A stretch of 64,000 bases of DNA from assembly GCA_000388065.2 (NCBI GenBank), contig KB932208.1; one strand, given 5' to 3'. Positions 35,846-46,693 of the stretch are shown one piece after another. This DNA comes from Fonticula alba ATCC 38817. Lineage: Eukaryota > Protista > Nucleariida. Below the pieces are notes generated by a model, which did not search any database, was not told the origin of the DNA, and saw only the letters and a list, made by a program, of their open reading frames with translations. The translations under genes and the position numbers were made by a program. Numbering within the stretch: the stretch's first letter is position 1; every line of letters begins with the position of its first letter.

Positions 35846-37254
35846 GATCGTGCAGCTCCCCCGCCATCGAGGCCAACCTCCACCGGATCCCAGGGCTTTC
35901 GGAGCACTTCCTCTACCTCAATGACGACGTGCACTTTGGCGATGAGGTCTTCCCGGATGACTTCCTGACCGAGTCGCGCGGCCAGCGGGTCTTCCTCACC
36001 TGGCCGATTCCCAACTGTGCAAGCGGCTGCCCGCATCTGTGGCTCGGCGATGGGACCTGCCAGCCGCAGTGCAATGTGGCCCGGTGCAACTTCGACGCGG
36101 GCGACTGCCTGAAGGGACACCCGAGCCCGGCGCCGGCGCCCCTGGCCGAGGGGTATCGCACGCGTGACGCCTTCGGCGACTCGCTGGCCTTCGTCAATGT
36201 CCGCCTGTCGCAGGTGTATGGGCCCAAGATCCGCCGGGCCGTGGCGCACATGCCGCACCTGATCGATCGGCGTGTGATGGCCGATCTGCAGACCGTGTGC
36301 GTGAGCACACCCACCCACCCGCCCGCCCCGCCGCCCTGGCCTGCCCGTGGTCCTGCCGGGGCTTGGCCCTCCCCTTCCCCCGCCCTCCCTGTCGCTCCTT
36401 CCCTCCCCCTTGGTGTGTGTGTGTGTGTGTATCTGCGCCAACTGACGCTGTGGCTTCCCTCCCCCTATCTCCCTTCCCCCCACTGTGTCTCTTCCTCCCT
36501 CTTCCTGGGTTGCGGGACTCGCCCTTTTTGGGAGGGGGGCGCAGCTTTCGCGACGAGTTCGACCAGACCTCCTCGCACCAGCTCCGCCACGCGAAGGACA
36601 TGCAGTTTGCCTTCGCCTACTTCTACTTCCTGATGGAGCACACCCGTCCACCGAAGGAGGTGGCCGACGAGCTGATCCGCCAGATCGCCGCCTCGGGCCA
36701 CCGGTGCGTTGTGTATCCGTGCTCGATGGCCCCACCGCCCCTCCCCTCTGCGGCAACGGTCCGAATCCGGGCCAGTGCGCTGACTTTCGCCCCCCTGGCC
36801 GACCCCCCTCCCCTCCCCCCCTCCCCTTCATGGGATTGTGGCTGGCCCCACGCGCGGGCCGCTGCAGCTTCCTCACTGTTGATGATATGTACCGGATTTT
36901 GCAGATCCTGGCCCCGTCGGCCGCGGCCGACCGCGACATCCGGCCTCTGGTGGCCATGTTGCACCAATGCTCGGCCAGCAGCCCGGGCGAGGACCCCGGC
37001 GATCGGCTGGCCTTCCTTGCCGCGCCTCCCGGTGACTCGCAGTCCCTGAGCCGGGAGCAACTTTTGGCCATGGCCGGGCCCCGGCCCCATGAGGCGCCAA
37101 ATGCTCTGGCCTACTTCTGGAGAAGCCCGCCGGAGGCCCTGGCGTGGCCGCCGGTTCCGGTGGCTGCGCTCCCGGACTGCCCGGCCTTTCGCGAGCGCCT
37201 GGCCAAGTCCATCGGCAAGACCCGCAAGTACAAGTGCGTTCCCCTGGCCGCGGT

Positions 37255-37298
<44 letters not shown>

Positions 37299-38127
37299 TT
37301 GTGCGACTCGGACCAATCATGACTCACCCCCTCGCCCTCGGCCAAATCGCGGTCCTCGCCTGCTCCGGCCCGCGGCCGGGAACAGGCATGAGTCCGCACC
37401 GGAGAAGGACGTCTTTTTCTACATGGTCAACAACAACCTGGATAAACTCCGCGAGTCCCTGGACTCGCTGTCCTTCTCTCCGCGCAAATTCGTGTGCCTG
37501 AATGACGACCTGGATGCCGGGGCGCCCGGCTACGAGGAGGTAGGCACCAGGGCACTGGCCGTTGCCCCTTCTTTGCCCTCTTTACTCGCCCCCCGGGACC
37601 CGTTGACCTGTCAACATACCTATTCACACGGAATCCCGGCATTTCTGACACACATATGACTTTNNNNNNNNNNNNNNNNNNNNNNNNNTCTCTCTCTTTC
37701 TCTGTCTCTCTCTCTCGCTCTCCGTCTCGCCTCCCGATGTCAGGCCATTGGCATGCTTCGCCGGTACTACGAGCGCATGTTCCCCGAGCCATCGTCGTTT
37801 GAGCTTGGGCCGCACCGCCGTGTGGTGCCCGGCTCGGCCTCGCCAGCGCCAGCCCCGGCGCCTGGCGGCCCTGCTCTGCCGTACGCACAGCCGCCCATCG
37901 CCCGCATGGACCCCACTTTTGGCCCGGCCAAAGCCAGCCCTAACGCCGCTCCTCCATGTGCCTCTCCCCCCCGCCGCAGGCCCAGCATTTTTTCCATTCT
38001 CACCCTGGTGGTGGTCTTCTCGGCCATCGGAGTGGTGGTGGTCCGGCTGGTCCGGCGTCCAGCCGCCTTGGCCGCCTCACTCCTGCCCCTGGCCGGCGGC
38101 GGCCCGACTGACCCTCGCAGTGCCTAG
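34786..38127 (+). CDS. GNPTAB: UDP-GlcNAc:glycoprotein GlcNAc-1-phosphotransferase alpha/beta-like, Stealth family (~680 aa, 8 exons)
   Basis: Exons 34786-34924, 35156-35344, 35476-35686, 35856-36296, 36545-36703, 36868-37233, 37386-37539, 37744-38127. Stealth CR1 [14 protein letters not shown]2 [16 protein letters not shown]...[25 protein letters not shown], one LNR repeat ([31 protein letters not shown]), CR3 [10 protein letters not shown]4 [24 protein letters not shown]- and C-terminal TM helices. Start codon uncertain. Confidence 0.92.
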
Positions 38128-38531
38128 CAGCCCCCCATCCCACGGCTGGCGCGCGGACGGACAAGCCGGCATCCCCCCCCCCCCCCCTTCTTTTGACGCC
38201 CGTCACACCCACTCACTCCCTCCCCCTATAGACATACATAGAACCTCCCGCGTGGTGCGCCAATTGGCGGGGCTCGGTCAACCAGGAGGGGGTACGGCAG
38301 ACGTGCGTGATGTATACACATGTGTGTGTCTGTGCGCATGCACCCGTTCGGGTGGGGGGGGGGAGAAAGGCAGAGCAGAACGAAGGGCAGGGGGAGGGGG
38401 CGACCTCCCAGCGGCACACGGACACGCGCAGACAAACAGACAGACACAAGCCCAGCCGTGTCGGTCCCGGACACCGGGGCGGGACCGCGAGAAAGGCAGC
38501 CACACCCGGGGCAACGGCCGATGCCGCGCCA

Positions 38532-40408
38532 TCAAGCCTCGGCCCCGGGGGAGCCTGCCCCCTGGTTGAGGGAGTCCACAATCCGGCGCAGGGCCGACGT
38601 CAGCACGGGCACATTGTCGCCGTTGATGGCGGCCACCGGCAGGACCGGCAGGTTGGTCCGGCGGCGGAGCTCCTCCAAATTGCGCGTGGCCAGGCCCTGC
38701 TGCGCGGGGTCCATATTGTCCAGGTCCATCTTGTTGGCTACCACGATGGACGGGCGCCGGGTGAGCCCCGGGTGGAAGGCCTCCAGCTCGGCCTGCAGCG
38801 CGTGCAGGTCGTCCCAGGGCATGCGCTGCTCCAGGAAGTTTGTCTTCGACAGGTGGGGGTTCATCTTGCGCGGGAGACGGCGCGGGCCGGCGGCCACAGG
38901 GCCGGGCCCAGCACCGGCGCCCTCCTGCGGCTCGTCATCAATGAACTCCTCCAGGAAGGACAGATCCGGCAGGGGGGCGTCCTCGAGGCCGGAGTCCGGG
39001 ACCCCGGCCCCGAGCCCAGGCCCCAGGCCCCGAGCCAGGGCATTCTCCGCTCCGCTGTTGAAGGAGAAGACACACTCATGCAGGAACCCATGCTCCAAGG
39101 CCAGCTGCTCGAATTGCGCGGCCGCCAGGCGCCCGGTGTGCAGCGAGTGGTATGCCACCATGGCACACTCCAGGTATGTGAGCGACCGGTCGAGCGGCTC
39201 GTCCGGCAGCAGGGCCAGCATCTGCCCACCGAGGCCGAACTCCAGCAAACGCAGGCGCAAGCTCTCCGGGGCCTGCTCGGCCAGAGAGGCCGGCATCGGG
39301 TCGGCCTCCGGTGCGTCCCACAGCCCCGCCCCGTCGACCGTCTCCAGGTACATTCCCATGTCGGAGTCCGAAGCATCATGCATCTCGACCAGCTCCAGCT
39401 TGTACTCGGTGTCGGACTCCGAAAGGCCCGACGGCTCGGCCGGGCGGGGATCGGCCGCGGGTGCCGAGCTCGGTGACCGACTGCCGGCCGCCGTCAATTC
39501 CGGCGCCTGCCGGGGCTTCGAGGTGCCGGGGTCGAGAGGGCGGGGATCCGACGAATCCCACGAGTCGGAGCTGGAGCCATCGGACTCCGACGAGCCGGAG
39601 CTGGAGCCATCGGACTCCGACGAGCCGGAGCCCGACAAAGCCCACCCCAAATGCCCGGCCGAGTCACCGGCTCCCGGGCCCGAGGGCGAGGGCTCATCCG
39701 CCGGCGAGTAGTAAAGCAGCTGCAGGGACGAGCCATCCGGGAAGACCACCGGCGGCTGGCCCGGGTGCCGGTTGTCGAAGGTCGGGTCGAAGGCCGGCTC
39801 CGAGAGGGAGCCCACGTGGATCTGGTCCGGGGTCGGGGCCTCGCCATGGGCCACGGACACCGGGCGCTTGACCACCAGCGCCCCGCCGGTGATGTCGACC
39901 ACATACACCAGGACGCGGCTGCGCTCGATGTGCCGGAGGAACCGGTGGCCCAGGCCGCGATTCCGGTGGGCCCCCTCGATGATCCCCGGGATGTCGGCCA
40001 TCTTCAGCTGGAAGAAGTCCGCATACTCGATGACACCAACGAAGGGGTTGAGCGTGGTGAAGGGGTACGGCGCCACCTTCGGGTGGGCATTGGACACCGC
40101 CCGCAGGAGGGTGGACTTCCCGGCATTCGGCATGCCGACCAGCCCCACATCGGCCAGGGTCTTGAGCTCCAGCCGGACGAAGACCGGCGTGCGCTTCTCG
40201 CCATAGGTGAACTGCCGCGGCGCGCGATTGGTCGACGTCATGAACCGCATATTGCCCCGGCCCCCGCGGCCGCCCTCGGCCAGGAGGTACGTCTGTCCGA
40301 CGGTGCTCAAGTCGGCCACCACCACCGGCTGGTCGCCCTGGCTCTCGGACACCTGCGAGACCGGCCGGCCGACAGGACGCATCCCGGCCGGGGGCGCGGC
40401 CCGGGCAT

Positions 40409-40444
<36 letters not shown>

Positions 40445-42000
40445 ATATGCGTGCGTGCGGTACAGACATGCCGGCACACATGCATGCGCCGACACGCGAA
40501 AGGGGGCGCGGGAAAAAGACACCCCCCGACAACAATACACGCGCGAACATGCATACACACACACATCCGGACATCCGGACATATCCGAAGGGAGGGGCAG
40601 TGGCAAGGGCGAAGGTGAGCACGCGCCGATGGACAGCGAGCAGGCGAGGCAATGGCTGGGAGGCGAGGAGGAGGGCAGCCAACAGCAGCAGCAGCACCGA
40701 CGAAAAAAAAATGCCGCGAAAAGGAAAAGCACGCGGCACGCACCTTCACAATGGTCCCGGGCGGGACGTCGATGTACACATCGCGGCCCTTGCCACCGTG
40801 CCGATGCCGGCCGTGGCCCTTCTCCCCGTTGAAGGCCACATACGACCTCTGCAGCCCGTGGAGACTCGTGTAGGAGGACGAGGCCCGGACGTAGACATTG
40901 CCGCCGCGACCGCCGTCGCCGCCATCCGGGCCGCCATCCGGCCGGAACTTCTCCCGCAAGAAGCTGACACAGCCATTTCCACCGCTGCCAGCACGCACCG
41001 TCAGCCGGACCTCATCAATGAAGAGACGCATCCGGTCAAACTGGTGCCGGGCCTTGCGCGCCGGGAAGAGATCACTCCCGCCGGTGGCCAGCTCGGCGAG
41101 CACATCCTCCGACACCAGCCCCTCGTGCGGGTCCGTGTCCAGGGGGCCCGGCAGCTCCGTGTCCGAGAGCAAGTCATCCGAGTGGAAGCCCTCGCCCGAG
41201 GAGACGGCCCCGGCGGCCAGGGCGGCAGCCGTGCCCGAAGGGACGCCCAGGCCGGAGGGGTCCGTCGGGCGCGGCGCCGGCGGCGGCACCCTCCGACGGC
41301 CGGCCTCACGCGACACCGGGGCCCCCGCCGTCAGGAGGGACCCCGGCGGGGACATGGTGCTGGCCGACGCCAGGGCCGCCGAGAGGCTGGTCGGCCGAGA
41401 TGCCGCCGGCGCATGCGCCCCCGTCCCGGGCCCATCATACTCGGCGTCGAAGGCCGACCCGGAGTGGCCATAGTCCGACCCGGAGTAGTACCCATCGAAG
41501 TCGGAATCCGACAGGAGGTCCGCCCCGGACCCAGCCTCATCGTCGGTGCCATTGTCAAGGAAGAGACCATCATCGTCCTCATCCGAGCCGTAGTTCCACA
41601 GATCCACCTGCAGGGCCCGCGTCCGTGGGTCTTCCGGGTCCTGGACCAGCTTGACCGCCGGGTTGCGCATCAGTCGCCCGGTCGGGGCGTAGATGGCCTC
41701 CGGCGAGTGCTCCTCCGAATAGAGGGCATGCGCATTGAGGCCTTCGTAGATGCGCCGGAGGTTGGCCGCCGGGTCGGCCCCGGCCGCCGGCCCCGGCGCG
41801 TCGTCCTCATAATCGTCGAAGTCCACGAAGCCGGCCCCGGCCACGGCAGTGGCGTCCGATCGCGAGGCAAAGCCCCGGTGGCTGACATGCGCCACCGGGC
41901 CGGCCGGGCCAAATGGCCGGGCCCCGCGCGTCAGCGGCGCGAGAGCGGCCAGGCTTGGACGCAGCCGCGCCCCGGTCACCCGAAAGCGGGACAGGAGCAT
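38532..42000 (-). CDS. MTG2: Mitochondrial Obg-family GTPase, MTG2/GTPBP5-like (~1025 aa)
   Basis: Exons 42000-40744, 40352-38532. Obg fold GGNG...[25 protein letters not shown]; G1 GMPNAGKS, G2 YPFTT, G3 DIPG, G4 NKMD. Presequence-like [17 protein letters not shown]. Confidence 0.93.
39568..39627. repeat. Perfect 30-bp tandem duplication within the Obg insert (encodes 2x [10 protein letters not shown])
   Basis: GAGCTGGAGCCATCGGACTCCGACGAGCCG twice. Confidence 0.92.
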
Positions 42001-42733
42001 GGATGAACTCGATGCCTGGGCGGGAAGGAGCCGGCTCAAAAGGGGGGGGGGGGGGGGGGGNNNNNNNNNNNNNNNNNNNNNNNNNNNNNNNNNNNNNNNN
42101 NNNNNNNNNNNNNNNNNNNNNNNNNNNNNNNNNNNNNNNNNNNNNNNNNNNNNNNNNNNNNNNNNNNNNNNNNNNNNNNNNNNNNNNNNNNNNNNNNNNN
42201 NNNNNNNNNNNNNNNNNNNNNNNNNNNNNNNNNNNNNNNNNNNNNNNNNNNNNNNNNNNNNNNNNNNNNNNNNNNNNNNGGGGGGGGGATGATCAGGCAA
42301 GGGGCACAACGGAGGAGATTGCCACCCCCCGGCGAGGGGGGGACAGCCTCGCACTGCCTCCCCAGATCCCTCCCCCGGCGGTGACCGCGGCCGACCGCGC
42401 CCCGGGATGGGGGCGCGCACACGCGGGATTCACGAACGCAATAGCCGCCCCCCGCGTCCCCCCTTCCGCCCCCGCTCCCTCCTCGGCTTCCCCGGTCGCC
42501 CCGGCCCGTGATGCGGGCCCCGCCGGAAAGCCGCCCGGACCCGACCAGGGCGCGGGGGGAGGAAGGCGGCAGCGCCGCCAGGGAGCACGTGTGTCCCCTG
42601 GCAGCCGGAGGCCAACGCACGGCCCGGTGCCGCGGGAGCCATTGCGCGCGCGATGGCCTCGACAAGGAGCCGGCGATCTGGCTGATCACATGGGGGTTTA
42701 TTGTGCCAACGATCAAGTCGCGGCGCCGGCGGC

Positions 42734-43610
42734 TCACGGGTCCTCCGGGCCGTCCGCCGGGAGGGCCGGGGCGTGCTGCAGGGGGAGGTGGTGCCCGGCC
42801 GGCGGTAGCCCGGGCCCGGCATGGTCGTCCTCGGAGGAGGTGACGAAGGCCAGGTCCAGGACGTCCTCGCCGGCGGTGGCCACCTCGATCAGTGTGGCCA
42901 GCCAGCCGGCCGGGCCGTCCATGTTGAAATCCACCGAGGGGGATGCCCCGGGCGAGGGGGGAACCGGATCGCCCGGGTCCTCGGCCGCGATCGCGGCATC
43001 GGCCTCCTCATGGTCGGTGTCATCGCTGTCGGCCAGGGCACCGGGATCCTCCGGGTGGAGGAGCTCCCGCGACATTGACCGAGTCACCGCCTCCGAGGTG
43101 GGGAGACCCGTGCGGCGACGCCGGCGCCGGGTCCCGGGCACACAGGCACACCCGCCGGCTGGCGCGGCCGAGCACAGGCGACAGGGCGGCCGTGACCGCG
43201 CGCCACCGGTGGGCTCCGAGGCGGCATCGGCCGCCTCCGGGTGCGGGGATGCCGGCGAGCTGTCGCCCTCGGAAGAGGCGTCCGATCCGTCGATGATGTC
43301 CAGCTCACGCAGGGCCGACTCGAGGGCGAGGCCGAGCCAAGACACGCGCTGTGAAGGCGAGGGCGCGGGGATCGGCCCATGCCCGGCGATCCGGCGAAAG
43401 ACCCCGCGACGAAGCAGGAGGGCCCGGGCGTTCGAGGGTGAGCGAGAAAATACACGCAACCGGGAGGGCGAGAGCAAAGCCCAGTCGTGGCGACGAGGCG
43501 GAAGCGGAGGCGGGGCCGGGAGGGGGAGGGGAGGGGGGAGCACCGAGCAGGAGATCACAACGCACAATCGACTCCCAGAGGGTCTCATCATCAGACGGCT
43601 GGGGGGTCAT
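42734..43610 (-). CDS. Hypothetical acidic protein (~219 aa), N-terminus resembling TFIIA gamma helix 1
   Basis: Exon 43610-43566 (GTGCGT donor) joins exon 43348-42734 (TTCACAG acceptor) in phase 0. AATAAA lies about 30 nt after the TGA. Junction creates WESIRVSWLGLALESALRELDIIDG. Confidence 0.5.
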
Positions 43611-43638
43611 CCTTGGGGGGAGGGGGGACCCCCCCCCG

Positions 43639-43741
<103 letters not shown>

Positions 43742-44075
43742 CGTCGTGGCGGGCCCCGCGGCGGGGCCATTTTCATGTGCACACACCCTCGGGGGCGGCG
43801 AAAACAGCCCCGGCTCTCACGCCGGTAGAAATGACAGGGCCGCGGGTGCCAATGCTCGCACCGCGATCGGCCACAGCACAGATCTCCCGCCTCCTGACTG
43901 CACGCGCCATCGTCGTCCCCTCCCCCCCCGCCCCCCCCCCCCGCACTGCGTCTCTCGCCGCCCCTCCTCCCTCCGTCGCTCCCTCCCTCCCTCCCTCCCT
44001 CCCTGCGCCCACCTCGCCCCCTTGGCCTCGCCTGCCGGCCCCGCCCGCTCCCCCTCAGCCCAGCCAGCAGACAAG

Positions 44076-45656
44076 ATGCAGCAAGCCTCGCTGCTCGGCC
44101 GAATCACCTCCACTGAACTGCTGCCCCTCCTCCGACAGTATGCCGCAGCCACGTCGGCCGCCGGCGTCGAAGCCTTCCACACCAGCAAGGGAGCCCATGG
44201 TACCTCGAGGGATCGCCTCGCCGCGCTGTCCTCCCCTGCCGCCTGGCCGGAGATCTCGCCCCCCGCCCACCGGCCGTGGCCGGCACTGACACACATTCCT
44301 CGCCCCCCCCCCCCTCTCCAGGCGTCATCACGCTGATCGGCGGGTCGACCAGCTTCGCCGGGGCACCCTTTTTCGCCGGGATCTCCGCCCTTCGCTCGGT
44401 ATCCCCCTCCTTGGCACCTATGCGTGTGGACGATGGACAGGCTCGCCGCTAACGTGTCCAAACGCCCGAACGCCCTGTCGCCCCCCCCCCCCCCCCGGCG
44501 TCCCTCTGCCTTCCCCCAGGGCGCGGACATGGCCCATGTCATCACGGAGCGCAGCGCGGCCGCCGCCGTGAAGGTCCTCTCGCCCGAGCTCATGGTGCAT
44601 CCCTACCTGCCCACCGGGGACCTGGAGGACCCGGACCACGAGGGCCAGGCGCCAGAGCTGTCCGCCAGCAAGATCGCCGCCCTGGCGGCCAAATGCGTCC
44701 GACGCTCCGAGCACTGGCTCCAAAGCAGCCACGCGTTGGTCATCGGTCCGGGGCTTGGCCGGGCGCCGGTGTCGCTGGCCACGGCCGATGCCTTCCTCCA
44801 GGCCGCCGCTGACCTGGACATCCCGGTGGTCGTGGACGCGGTGCGTGGCAGCGCCGCGATCCTCCCTCGCCGCCCACCTGACGCAAACCACTGACAATGG
44901 GCTCCCTGGCGGCTGCCTCGCCCCTCGCGCCCGCCCTGCCGGCGCCCGCACGTATGCCCCGCTGGGCCGGTCAGGATGCGCTCGGGCTCTTTGCCGACCC
45001 CGAGCGCACGTCCAACCAGTGTCTGATCCTCACGCCCAACCGCAAGGAGCTCCTTCGGCTGCTGGGCGACGCGGTGACGGTGCGCCCCTCCCCCGCCATG
45101 ACCGCCGCCGGGCGGCCTTTACAGGCCGGTTTTGCGGCTCGGCTCGCCCCTCTGACCCCCCCCCCCTCCCCATCCCGCCCCTCCCCCGGGCGCGACCCGG
45201 ATGTAGGATGCCCTCCGGCCCGTGGTGACTGACGCCCGGCTGGTTGACCTGTCGAATGCCGACATCCAGGGCCTCTTCAGGGACCTCTCTCGGCGCTTCC
45301 CCCGGTCTCTGGTCGTGGCCAAGGGCCGTCATGATATGATCATCCAGCTGACCGGCACCGAGCCGGAGGTTTTCTGGTGCAGCACCGGCCTCGGGTCGCC
45401 CAGACGCGTTGGCGGCCAGGGCGACCTGCTGGCAGGGGTGCTGGCGGCCCATGCGGCCCGGCTGCACCTGGTGAACTCAATCAACACGCCCCTGCTTCCG
45501 GCGGCCGCGGCATTGGCGGTCGAGCTGTGTCGCGATGCGGCGGCCGAGGCCTTCGCCAGCGCCGGGCGCGCCATCGGCGTGCCGGACATCCTCCCCCGCG
45601 TCGGGCCCTGCCATGATGCTCTCTTTGGCCAACTGGCCGAAAAGCATTCCCGCTGA
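44076..45656 (+). CDS. NAXD: ATP/ADP-dependent NAD(P)HX dehydratase, YjeF-C/carbohydrate-kinase family (~358 aa)
   Basis: Exons 44076-44199, 44322-44398, 44520-44840, 44975-45079, 45207-45656. LIGGSTSFAGAPFFAGISALRSGADMAHV, SPELMVHP, VIGPGLGR, PVVVDADAL, ILTPNRKE, VAKGRHD, GSPRRVGGQGDLLAG. Confidence 0.93.
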
Positions 45657-46173
45657 CCGGCGCCGCCCGGTGCTTCGGCGGGGCCCGGCTCCCCTGGGGG
45701 GGGGGCCTCCTCGGGAGCCGGCCCCCGCAGGCGCAAAAGCGAGCGCCGGCCTACCAATGACACGCAGAAGGCCCGAGAACAATGGCCTGTGCTCGATTGA
45801 AAGAATGTGGTCTATTTCTCGCGGGACATTTCAGGCACCCGTGTTCTCGGGCACACAGCACGGGGGCGAGAGTGCGGGCGACAATATGGGCCGGCCGGCC
45901 GGCCGGCCGGCGAGCAGAGGGTGGACACGGGAGAGGCAAAGAGAAGCACGACACAATGCTCCTGCGGGCGAGGCGCAGGGCCAAGAGAGAGAGAGGGAGA
46001 GAGGGAGAGGGAACACTCCTTCTCCCGCCTGTGACACCGTCTTGGCCGGCTGGCCCCCGGGGGTGCGGGGTGTCCTCCTGTCGAGCCGGGGGCACGCTCG
46101 CATATGTGTACACGAGAGAAGGGAGGAGGCGGAGAGCCGGAGCGGAGTGGCTCTTGGTCTCTCCCATTTCCAG

Positions 46174-46572
46174 CCCACCCCTCACACGTCCGACACAGCT
46201 GGCACGAGTGCCCCGGCCGGTGGTCCTGGCGCGCGTCCCCCCCCCCCCGGAGGCGGGCGGGGAACCGAGCCGCCCCTCCTCGGTCAAGCGGGGCAGCTTG
46301 TCGGGGTGTCTCGCGCCAAGAGGGCGTTGGAAGTGCCATGCCTCTTCTCGGCCGCGCCCGCGCCCGCGCCCGCCCCCTGGGCGCCTGTCGCGCCGGACGG
46401 CCCCTCATCTGAAACATTGGGCGGCGGCGGTTTTGTCGTTCCCAGTGCGCAAGGGGAGTCCACCGACCGGGGGTGTCTGGGCCAGTGCGGCGACTGCCAG
46501 CGGTGGTTTTGCAACGGCGCATGGTCACTCTACCAAGAGAGCCACCTCGTTTGGCAGATGGGCGTGAAGAAG
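46174..46572 (+). CDS. Putative exon encoding a degenerate UPF1 CH-domain-like zinc-finger segment
   Basis: CLGQCGDCQRWFCNG...ESHLV (46474-46551) matches UPF1 CxxxCxxCxxWFCNG...SHIV. Bounded by pyrimidine tract+CAG (46173) and AAG|GTGCGT donor (46573), 399 nt, phase 0-0. Rest of the gene is unclear. Confidence 0.45.
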
Positions 46573-46693
46573 GTGCGTTGCGGTTTCAAATACCCAGGGC
46601 TGGGATTCGCGCCAGCTGGCCCGCGACCACGGTGACTGGAGTTCAGACGTGTGCCCCCCCCCCCCCCCCTGCCCGCAGCAGTGCGCAGCCCCA

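Noticed and set aside
38823-39888. Intein or mobile element as the source of the Obg insert
   Set aside because: No N-terminal Cys/Ser block, no terminal His-Asn, no LAGLIDADG/HNH motif, no terminal repeats.
42734-42740. GTGAGC donor overlapping the TGA of the TFIIA-gamma-like gene
   Set aside because: AATAAA follows about 30 nt later and the downstream frames give no recognisable protein; a true stop is simpler.
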